This document shows positions 24,115 through 36,400 of a stretch of DNA of 64,000 nt, in pieces. The stretch is from Adineta vaga. Its lineage: Eukaryota > Animalia > Rotifera. The stretch spans positions 1,240,001 to 1,304,000 of the forward strand of contig CP075494.1 in the NCBI GenBank assembly GCA_021613535.1, given 5' to 3'. The position numbers and the translations under genes were made by a program. Numbering within the stretch: position 1 is the stretch's first letter; each line of letters opens with the position of its first letter. Under the pieces are notes generated by a model, which worked only from the letters and a program-made list of their open reading frames with translations, did not search any database and was not told the DNA's origin.

Positions 24115-26442
24115 TCAATAAGCTCCAGATACATATGAATCGTCTAACGTATCGTCATCATCAACACCAAGACTCATTCGATCACCATATTGCGAATCGA
24201 GTGTTTGGATAGTTAACTTTGGTTTTTCGCGTTCTTTTCTTTTCTGTTTGTGCTCATAATATACTCGACGTTCATCAATTCTTCTCATTACAACTCCAGT
24301 ATAATATCCAAAACCACCACCTGAAAGAGAGACAATACTTTATTTACACCAAATTTGTAAATATTTTTACCTGTCAGCTCAGCTATAACTGGTAAAAGTG
24401 ATTGATGACCCTCGTTATATGATAATACAGCTATTGCTATACATAAATCAATGATTACACCAGTAGCATATTGATTTTTTGGTGCCAAATTCCATAAAAC
24501 AGAATGAAAGCTTTCGTTGGCATTTTGAGAACCACCATTGATAACTTTCTGTAGTGTATCACCTGAACAAAAAAACGCTAAGTTGATATTTAACTTTTCA
24601 AAGATCTCACCATGAGCTAATTCATCGAAGACCGGACGAATAGCTTTCATCACACCTAATGGTAATCGATGTGGATTGTGATCATATTCTTCACCTAGTA
24701 ATAATATACAATACAACACTTAGACGTTTTTATTTCTGATTACCTTTTTCTAGACATTTTAAATATCCACAATATTTTATTGAGCACCATTCATGGTGAG
24801 GTTCTTCGTTCGTCGAAGCCTATAATACGAGATTTCTTCGTTGAAATAAAGTTGCTTATCTCACATACTTTATGTTTCCATATAGCCCAAACTGAACGAA
24901 TCATTTCGTCGAGATTTGTTTTGTTTCGAACAATAGCTTGACGATAATAGTATTTGAAATTAATCATCATTTCTAGAGGTAAAGAACAACTAGTTATAGT
25001 AGAAGCAGAATTTACTAACGCTTTGTCATTCGACCTTTTCCACCTATACCAAGTTTTCCATCAATCTTTGTTTTCTTCAAATCTTCTGCTGCCTTTTGCA
25101 AACGGTGGTGCATCTTTTTCGAAAAATGATTTATGTCTTCCGTTTTTCTAATTGATACATCTTTATACGGAGGACTGTTAATTAATTTTGAAAAGACTTT
25201 TGAATCGCCGTCTCCTATGTAACTATAAATAAACAATATACGAAAAATATAACGATGAAATTCTATTTACTTTGTATATTGGACATTGTAAATTGCTTCA
25301 GAGCGTGAAAATATCCGATATATTCCTTCCGCTTCCATGGAACCTAAATTAAGTTTCAGTTAAAATAAAAGCTTCTGAATAGAATAATACTTGATGAGCC
25401 CGAATGATTTTTTTCACATTGATGGTTTTTCTTGATTTCACGATACTTTACTGGATCTAAATCTTTCATACTGAGTGCCCCAATACAAACAGAACAAGTT
25501 TTGGATAATCTCTCTAAATCCAACACCTGTAAAAATAAAATGATGACATGAAGATATTTTATCTATTTTTTACCTTTGCATTGGGACCGACAGACATTAT
25601 ATCGACAACTCCATGGTTACTAGAAAAACCACGTTTTTGCCATGTTCCGTCACCACTAACTGTGAGTCTACGTTCATTTGATTCACGACATGCATCTGCT
25701 ACTGCATTTTTCATGGAATGAAGCTTGTGTGATTCAAATACCGGAAGTATATGTGTAATTATACGAGAGAAATGATCTTCATCAACAGGAGGTGGAACAT
25801 TCAAAGCACCACAGAATTTTGCAAGACCTTGATGACCAAATCCAACCAAATTTGCACCTAAGTATTGAATGAATTTGTACGTTATTAAACTATCAAGAAT
25901 TAACTTACCAATTGCGCTCCGAATATTAATATCACGTCGAGAAGTTTTTGGACATTGTTTCGATGTATTGATTTTAATTTCATTACGGCAGTCGCATGTA
26001 AATATCAAAGAACAATATAATCCTAAAATATATATGTAATCATTACGTTTCACACAAGAAAATAGAAAATAAACAGACCTTCTCGTTTGGAAACAGATAT
26101 ATTACCATTCCATATTGATTTACATGAGATGCAAATACTCTGTTTCATTAATTCTAATAAAAACGAATTATGAATTATTTGATAATAATCATTTTCTTTC
26201 ACATCTTCAACAATATCTGCATTTTGTTCAAGGTAACTAGATAATTTCCCAGCTGATGCACCGGCAAACGGACGTTTTTTGTACGTGAAATATTCATTAG
26301 TCGATTGATCTTTATTTGAGATGAGTTCATTTTGTAACTGACTTGTCTTTTTTGCAACACTGGTAACGTTTTTACATGATGCAGATTTGTTTTCAACGAG
26401 CCGAATTTTTCTCTCCTTTTTTAAAACCGAGTCATGCGGCAT
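24115..26442 (-). CDS. Kolobok-type DDE transposase, multi-exon
   Basis: N-terminal CxxC...CxC; VSGDGTWQKRGFSSNHG, YIGDGDSK, QNANESFHSVLW and YVSGAY*; many short GT-AG introns. Confidence 0.85.
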
Positions 26443-27449
26443 TGTAGACGATAAAATTGACCTGGAATAATCTAAAATCTAGAAAGGAAACATCATAAGT
26501 CTTGTTCCTGAGAAAAAATTATGCTAATTATAGCTTCGTTGTAATCTTGTTCAACTTTTACCAAAAACTGTCAGGTTTTTTAGTTTTTCTAAAGAAATAT
26601 GTGAGTTATACTTTTCTAAAATACATGAATCATCCGAAAACAACAAGCCGAACCTATATCAACAGGACAGATGGTGCCAGTCTATGTAGTCCATTACGTG
26701 ATGTGAAAAAGCGCGTTAAAATATAGGCGAAATACACGATTTTCAAGTCAATATTTTCTAATCTCGATAAAAAAATCACTTCGAAAACTTATTTTGCGTT
26801 TTTCTCAAAACACCATTTTGAATAAGAAAAATTGCTATAACTCGGTCAATTTATGAGCTATACCCAATTTGTTTTTTTTGTTCGAAAGGTCTGAACGAGA
26901 CGAAACTTTTCATCAGACACTTTTTTTAAAATCAACTCCTGAGCTGAGAAAAATCAAATTTACTGTGATAAAAACACCGTTTTTTTAGTCCTCTGTACTA
27001 AAACAGCAGTAAAAAACAAATTATACATAATTTCAAAAATACGTTTGATGAAAAGTTGCGCCTTGAGACGGGCTTGAATTTGAGACCACCCCGGCCTCTG
27101 TAGCTCACACCGTGACCAAGTTATAGCAACTTTCCTAGAGGCCAAAAATGACCTATAAATGAGCTGTAAATCCGATTTAGTAAGACCGATCGGGCTCAAA
27201 TTTTTACCAGAAGTATATCTCACTAAGATCACTCGTTCCTAAAAATTTCAGCCCGAACGTATCATCCTAAGTGGGGAATCGTTCCTGAGGGGGGGGGTCC
27301 CCTTAAGAATATTCTTCTTACACTATAGCAAATCAATTATTTTAAATTTCTACTTCAATGTTTATTTCTTGATTAAATAATGTAAAATATAAGAAAAATC
27401 ACACACACACACGTATACAATGGAATGAGTCTCAATTAAATTTTTCGAA

Positions 27450-30400
27450 TCACATAAATTCACTGGCAATAATTGTGTTCACTTGTTGCATGACCTCTTT
27501 CAATAACGATGATGTATCTGCTTGGTTCAGTTTTACTCTTTTTACTTGATTTTCCTTTTTATCCTTTTTAAAGATTGTTTCAATATTTCGCAACATCGCT
27601 TGAACATTTGCAGTAAAATCAGATAGTAATAAAAAGAATCCGCGAGTTTTTATTTCTTCTACAAGATTTTCCATTAATGGTACATCTGGTAATCCACCCG
27701 GATAACTATCACCAGCTGTACCGCCACTGCAAAACGGCATATGTCCAGGTGCATCTCCAACCCAAACCAATATTTGTGCAGCTCGTGAACTTTTATCTTT
27801 TGTCCAATTTAATCTCAATGCTTTATTCAAGCCACCTTGAACATCTTCACATTCATCAGCACCCCCACTCGCTTGTTGACTTGCAATTTTTGCTTCAACT
27901 GGTCCAAGATTAGGTGTTTGATGAAAATCGATTACATCAAAACGATTCGAATCTGTATAATCACGATAAGCAACAAATGCCATACGTAGAACACTATCTT
28001 TATCATATTTTTCTTTCATTTCTTTTTGTATTCCATCGGCAATAGCTTTAATATGCTGTTTACATGCTGCAATCCAACTTCCCATTGAACCAGTACAATC
28101 CATAACGAAACAAATTTCAACTGTCAATGGCGAACTATGAACATTACTAGAAAATGTTAAATCAATCGTACGTTTTGCATTTTGTGTAATCGCATCGAAA
28201 TGTGTTTTCATTTCTTGGTTCCAAACTTCATCTGTTGTTGAATATTCTTTCCCATCTTCTCCTGTAAATTTTGTTGTTTTATCTGCATGAAATGAATCAT
28301 ACGGTTTGCTTCCATCACTCTGTTCATTCGACCAATTAACAAGTGCATCACAGAGTAAGCGTGGATTTTGTACAATAATCCAATCATTAAATGCTAACGA
28401 AACACCATTTGATTCAAAACCAACACCAATTCCAATTACTGTAATTGAACGTTGTTCAGCGTAAGCAATAATATTTTGCATGAAACTTCCACGTTTGTCA
28501 TAACCATCGGTAAGAGCAAAAATAAACATTGGTCCATGATTATTATTATATGATGATTGTTGTTGTAATAATTCAGTAGCTGCAAATAATGCGTCACTTA
28601 ATAAAGTTGTTTCACCATCAATTTTCAATGAATTTATGAGATGATGTAGAAATAAACGATCATATTTTTGTTTATAACTTTTTATTAATTCGATTTGTTT
28701 ACCAAATGTTAAAACATTAAAATCTTCGATACCGATTTTATTCAATGCTGCACATATGGAAATTAAAATATCAACTGATGCAAAGTACGTCGGTCCAGTC
28801 ATCGAAACAGATTGATCAAGAAGTAATGCAATACGATATTCGGGTTTTTGCGAACCGATTTGATTTAGATAGATTCGATTGTATTGACCTTGTGTACAAA
28901 TAAATTTTACAATACCTGGTATATATAATCGACTGCCTCGAGTATCTGGTAATGATTGTGTTGGTTTATATGCTGGAAGAATATAATCTTCCAAAGCACG
29001 GACTAATTCACTGATATATTCCTCAAGTTGTTGTTCGATTTGTTGAAGAGTTTTATCTGTTTGTGTTAGTATTGTATCATGTATTTCTAGATTTGAATAA
29101 CTTTTTTCAAGTGCATCAAGTGTTTCATCGAAATTTTTTATAAATTCGTCTGAAGCTAATGTAAAATTCGTATTTATCTGTTGTTGAATAGTTTGTTGTT
29201 CGAGTTTTTGTCGAGCATCATTGACATAGAATTGCCCGGTATAACAAATATCCGGATGTTTCCATAATTCGATATCTTTTACATTGGAGAGAATAAATGG
29301 ATTCATTGGATGAAATTTAATTCCATCATTTGTACTTGATACGGTGGATATTTTTGAAGCATCAACGGGTCGATTTGCATGAAGAACAATCGATTGTTCG
29401 ATCATATGGAAAAGATCATCGACAACTGTTTTTGTTAAACTATCTAATTGTCCAGTTTCAATAAGTCGATTTCGATCAGGTGCTATACGTTTTATGAATT
29501 CGTTCGCTTTTCTCTCATGTTCAATAGCAAATTGTTTATATTCATTTGAAAATTTCGCATCATCTTTTTTCGGTACTTCTGGAATAATACAAACCATATA
29601 AAGTTCGGCTTTGGCAGTACTTAACTGATTCGTGTATAATTCAGTTTCATCCTGAGATGAGATACCATCAGTAATCATGATAATGTATCGTTTAACATTT
29701 GGTTTTACTTGAGTGCCATATAAATCCTTATTCGTAGCAATTTGTTTCAATGCTGTTGCTGGTAAGGTTTTTTCGTCGGTTGTGAATGACTCAAGAATGT
29801 ATTGTCCACGTGCGATGACTGATTGTTGAAGACTTTGAGTAGTGTTTGTTGTTGATACTGTACTATACATTGATTCATGTCCTAGCGGTTTAAGTATTTT
29901 TTGTTCAGCACCAAATCGAACAATGCCGAATTTCCATTCAAGACGATGAAATGTTTCTAGTAGAATCACCAATGTATTTAATGCTTCACGGATCTTTTTT
30001 CCGCCCATACTTCCACTATTATCAACACAGAAAATAAATTCGAACTGTAGATCATCATTGGATGTTGTTTGTTGTTTTCCATATTGCTTTTTTAATGCTG
30101 AACGTAGACGTGTTAATAACATTAGTTGAATATTTCGCGTAAGACGAGCAAGTAAAGCATAACGTGGTCTATCTAATGCTGTTTCTGGTAAATGCTCTGG
30201 ATCACAATGTTCAGTAATAGTTCCAATATCATATTTGTTGGCAGATTGTAGAAGAGTGGAGTACATGTCAGCGGATCGCTTTTGAAATTTCTCTAGTTGC
30301 TGTTTGCTGATACTGACCTTCGTACTTTCTTGTTTTGAAGGTTTTTTGTCTGGTGATGGACTTCCATCTACACTTGGACCGAAGTCCACACGGATAACTC

Positions 30401-33400
30401 CAGGTGATTTATTGTCACCTTTGAATGTTGTTGAGTTTTCTGATCCTTCTTTTCTCACTTTTCCGTCATCGTTAATCTCTAGAACTACATCGCGATTAGC
30501 AGTTGTTGGAAGTTCGATAGTCGGTGTAGAGGGATCTTTGTTGTTTTCTGCATCTTTGTTATTTTCATCGAGAGCTTCATTTAAATCATTATCGTAATTT
30601 GCTAAGAGATTATCGAGTCGAATCCCCAACTGATGTAATATCGGATCACCCATTATTTCACCTTGTTCAAATTTCGAGTCTTCAAATCCTTGTAAGAGCT
30701 GTTTGATATTATCCAAGTTTGTTTGTTGTTGCTGACCTTGCCCCTGATAGTTCAATTCCGCGATGTGACTATCTTCAGGTATATCATAATCAACCGCCAA
30801 GTCATTCTTCTTGCTGAGTTTACACAATTTGCGTAAAGGTTCTGAGTCACTTAATTTATCCAAAACTTGCATTAGATCTCTTTGTATTTCAAGACAATTT
30901 CGTCTGATATGACCATTGACGTCACCTGCGCACGAATCAATGAACTCCAGCGATTGATATAATTGTAACGATGTTTGAATAACTTTCGGTAAAGTTTTTT
31001 TAGCCAAATTGTCAATTTCTCTTCTCATATTGTTTGCTGCCATCTGTTGAAGAGCATTCATGGTTGCTTGAATTTTATTATTAATATTGGCAGCCGTTGT
31101 TAAACATGTGATTGTTTCTGGTAACAATAATTCGTCCTGTTTTATTATATTCGATAATTGTGTTTCTGATTCATTATTTAATTTAGCTGCTTCTGATGCG
31201 AGTGTTTCTACTTTGTCTTTTGCTGCTGCTCTTGCCTCCAAACTTATTTCATTTGTTAATAAGGGGCTCACCGGGACGGCGGATTCATTTGATGTTGCCT
31301 CCATAGATTCAATTGTATCACTAGCTGCAAGACGATGCGCACTTTCACTGTGACTATTATCACTACTGCCCTTGCCCATGCCTGTCGTTGCACTACCTCT
31401 AGTGCCCGCGCTGGTACCTGCATCACCAGTGGAACTTGCACTACTACCGCCACCTTTGTCGGAGCTTGTACTTGCACCGCCACTAGAACTTGCATTACTA
31501 GCACCAACCTTGGGTGTTACTGCACTAGCACTAGCTTCATCCGTGCCTGCACTGGTACTAGTAGAACCTGCAGCGCTGCCTTGACCTGCACTACCAGATT
31601 TTCCACCTGCGCTACCGGAAGAACCTCCTCCGCCACTGCCTTGACCTGCACTGCCAGATTTTCCACCTGCAGAACCACCAGAACCTCCTCCGCCACTGCC
31701 TTGGCCTGCACTACCAGATTTTCCACCTGCGCTACCGGAAGAACCTCCTCCGCCACTGCCTTGACCTGCACTGCCAGATTTTCCACCTGCAGAACCACCA
31801 GAACCTCCTCCGCCACTGCCTTGACCATTACCACTGCCATCTGAACCTCCACTGCCGCCTTTGCCTCTACCAAATAGTTTGAACAAGGAGAACGCTAAAC
31901 CAATGGCGGCTAGCACGAGTCCAACAGGATTTGTGGCGGTTAATAATAAAGCAATACCGGTAATTATATCAATAGCTGTTTTGACAGATTCTGGTAAATC
32001 GGGTACAAGTTCAGTGAGCAATGATAATACAGCTGCTGCTATTGAACTAATTTGTGCTGCCTTCGATGCTATTGTTGTTGCTTTCATTAGAGCTGACGTA
32101 GCTTGTTGGATTTGTTGAACATTTTTGTAGATAGTTTTAGTTTTTTGTACAATGTCCACTACTTCTTTGCTCACACCCATAGTAGTCATTGCAGTATCAA
32201 TAAGATCGAGATACTGATCACCTGACAAGCGCTTTCCATTTATTAATGCTGATAATAACGGTTTGGCGCCATTGATTATTTGTTGTCCTTGTCCACCAAT
32301 GTAGGAACCAGTGACATCCATTATATCCTCATAGCTAATCTTTTGATTATTGAGCTTTTTACGTAATATCGGTATAACTGGTTGAATATGATTGTTTATT
32401 TCTGGCGGAAGGAAACTTGCAGCAACACTTAATGATTGATCTAATATTCTTTGTGGATTATCGGAACGAACTGCATCAATTAAATTAACAACGTCATTCA
32501 CTTTCTTGGCATGTTCTGATGGTAAAAATGATGCACCTAATTTCAATGCACATTTTGTTAGTTCTTCTTTTGCCATATTTTTGTGATCAATTACAATTTG
32601 TAGCTCATGCGCCATACTATAAACATTTTGAATTTCCGGTGGTAAATGTGACCTTAATTTGTCATTATTCAACAGACTATCTAATGCTTGCAAAGGATCA
32701 TTTGTTTGTGATAGTATATTAGCGATTGAATTGGTAATTTCCATAGCAGTATCGATTTTTGTAGTATACTCAGGAAAAAATTCACTAGCAATCGAATGAA
32801 CTGCACCTTGCACATTATGATTTTGTACTTGCTCCATAACATTTCGTGCAGTACATAAAACTTTTGCTGTTTTTGAATCAACAATATTCAACGTTGCATC
32901 AAATGCGCAGTTAAGTAAATTTTCTGCTGTTATCTCTTGTTTCGACAGTTTAGTTAATGATTCCACAACATTATGAGCTTGTTCTGAAACACATGGTACA
33001 AGTCGAAGTGCATCTTTAATCGCATCAATTTCTTGATGATTGACCATCTTCACATAAACATTGCCGATTGTTTCAAAAGTTTCAGACATTGTCTTTGGTG
33101 CCATTATAGATGCCAATTCTAATGTTGTTTTAACAACGTCTTGTATATCACATCTCTCTAATTTACTAGTATGATCGAGAGTATCAAAAATTGCTTGTGC
33201 ACGTTCATTTGGTATCAATTCTAATAGATTTCTCAAAGCTTGTAACTTGTCGGTTTTCAATACAGTCAAAGTGTTAAATGCAATTTGTAAAGTATTTGCT
33301 GTCTCTCGATTATATAACTCAGATACTTGTTTAATTATTTGTTCTTGAGAGATTTTGCCCGACGAGAATTGTTCGATACCAATATTAAATCCAAGTCGAA

Positions 33401-36400
33401 GACGATCAGGAAGTAAAGCGGAAATTGATTTTAATGCTTGTGTTGGTGCAGAAATACCTTGATCGATTATTGTTTTTAAACTAATTTCACTGACATTTGA
33501 TAGTTCATCACTAATTAATTGTTGTGCTAAATCCATCACCGATTGTTTGATATTACCATTAAGTATTTCCGGTGCCGTTGAGAAGATACATTTAACATGT
33601 TCAGATAAATGTTGATCTGGAATGATATCAAATAGATCGATAACAGCATCCATGGTGATATGTTCAGTAGTACTCAATCTATTTAACACAGTTGTAATTG
33701 GTCCCAAAAGTTCTTTTGTAGCTTTATCGGAAATACATTCAACAGTTTGTTCAACTAATTTTGCTACATTTGATCGAGTCAATTCACCATTTATCACTGG
33801 TATTAAATTTTGATAAGATTCAAGTAATGTATTCAGATGATCGAGAGTCTTACGTCCATTGACACCATCATTTAAACGACTAGTTAACTGAATACCTAAT
33901 TCTAAAACTTCTAGTTGTGTCATTGTCACTGTATCGATATTCGAAATGATTTGTATAAACATACTGTTTGCTTTTCGTTGGGTATTTTCAGGATGCATTA
34001 AATCGCATAATTCAGAAACATTCTGCATTAGTCCAAGAATACGACCTTTTGTGACATCGGATACAATCATTGTAAGAGTATCGTGCAATTTTCTATGTTC
34101 ATGTAATGCTAATTGTTCTAATAACGAATTTTCTAATGTTGTAACAAAATTAACCAGTGATTGTGGCGAATAAGGTCTTGATCTAAATGTTGTCATTGTA
34201 TCTTTAATCACCTTAATCCAGGTAATTTGTAATCCTTTCAATCGACGACAATTATATGTAATTGATAAGATTGTTTCGAAGAGATCAAATGGATCTTTTT
34301 GTGTGGTTAATGTTTTCAAATCTATTGATAAACTTCGACAACGATCATTACCGAAATTTAACATTACTGAAATGATATTAATGTAATTGTCTTTGTCACA
34401 AACAGATGTTCGATCTATTAATAAGACAATAGTTAGAATTGTTCGTAATGAATTCACAATTGTTCCATCAATATGTAGACTTAATGCTGAACATAAATCT
34501 TCAACGAATTTCGACCAATCACAGCTCGTATCAGCTAATTTTTTAATACCATTAGTTAAATTTGAAATAAGGCGTTGAAAACTGTGAATATTTTCTTTTT
34601 CATCCGTTTGTAAATCTGATGATAATGAAGCCATAACATACGGTAATGTTGTGATATCTTTTACTGATGGTTGATAATCTTGATGTGAAAATTTTTCACT
34701 TAATTTCATCAGTTCAATTGCATTCTTTGTTTCCTCACAATCATCTAAATGTGTTTGAAGAAAATCTAATACTGAGCTAGCTGAAAGTTCATTTTCTGAA
34801 GCAGAAATTGCTTGTGTAACTAGTTCTGTATTATCTAATGGTACATTGGATTCATATAATTTTTGTAAAACAACTTTTTCATTCACTGGTTCTTCATTTG
34901 CTACTAATTGTAAGATTTGATCGAGAAAATTCACTGAATTTCCATTTGTTGTTGTTCTCATTTCGGATAAAAGATTACAGAATGCTTGTTCCGGACGACC
35001 TTTTTCTTCAATATCCTGTATAAGATTAGCAACTTTATCTGTCAACATTTTCTTTTGTTGTTTTTCTTTGCTTTTTAATTGTGTATTTTGGTTTGAAATT
35101 AGTTCCGTTGTATAATCAAGCAGACGCTTTCTGGCTGTCGAGTCATTAGTATTTCTTTCGAAGGAATGTTTTTCGTATTCCAATAAACGTCCAAGGATTT
35201 GTTCATCGCTATTTCGTGATTGTTCTTCGAAAAGAACCGATAGTTTTTTCGCACATTCCAAAGGTAGTAAAAGATTTTCCGCTTCGCTTCTATGTGGCGA
35301 ACCAACAATAGCGGGTGCCAATTGTTCGTTTAAAATAGTATCGATATTTTTATATAAATCACTCCAATGTTTTCGAGAAAATGAATCGAAAGTTTTCTTA
35401 ACACTTTCTTGAATTTTTTCGGTATACGAAGATATTTCATGTTCATCGGGTTCGAGTCCGGAGAGAATTTCATCACATGTTAAATTATCGGGAATATCGG
35501 AAGGTTTAGGTTCACGATGTATTAATTCATCGAGTTGAGTAACAATCGGAGCGATGGCAGTTGCTGCACGTTGTCGATATTCATGAGTATTATCTTCAAG
35601 TAATTCCATCAGTCGTTTTCCACTTGTTGATTGTGAGATTTGTTGAGATGGCGATGGAAGATCAATTACTAAACTGGATACTTTCGATTCGTCTTTTGGT
35701 TTAACACGACCAGTCACTATTAATTTGTATTTCTTTGATAAACCTGTTCCTGATTGAACTGTTAATGGTACATCAATCTTGAAATCTCCTAATGGTGCAG
35801 TCTTTTTAATCTCGACAATACATTTAATTAATCGTGAATCTAGTTTATTTATTGGAACACTTTTAGTATCACTGCTGATTCTCAAAGAAATGACATCATC
35901 ATTCTCATATGATTCACATTCTAATTGTGCACGTTCATGTCCATCATTTTTCATTGTTATTGAGAATGAATGTTTTGCAAGAGGATTTGTTGTACCACAA
36001 TGTAAAACATTTTGATCAAGAGTTATAATTGGTGCTAAACGTTTACAATGAAATGGAATACGTTGAATTGGTTCTTTACAATTTGTTTTTAGTATAAATT
36101 CGCAATCGAATGAAGGTAATTTCTTTTGAACTTTGTAGACAAAGTTATATTCAATCTTTTGACGAGGTACTATCGAACGTGGGTAGGGGGTTGAATCATC
36201 AATTGACACATGTGATGATGTGGAATGGAATTCATCAAGTAACATTTCAACTAAACCTTTATTGAATAAAACAATCTGACCATTTTCTTCACTTTTATCT
36301 TCTTTTACGCTCAAGATTTTTAATGGTTTTAGTAAATCTTGATCTAATTCGGGCCAACCAGCTGATGTTTTCAATATTAACTTAAATGATGATCGTTGAG

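Larger units (their letters stand above)
22644..27302 (-). mobile_element. Kolobok-type DNA transposon, copy 2 (4659 bp), apparently intact
   Basis: TTAA TSD at 22640-22643 and 27303-27306, matching TIRs. The only differences from copy 1 that I found are four homopolymer-length changes. Confidence 0.9.

Noticed and set aside
10735-27302. A single composite transposon that imported 15394-22639
   Set aside because: The host ORF is restored across copy 1 alone, so the intervening DNA was resident before insertion
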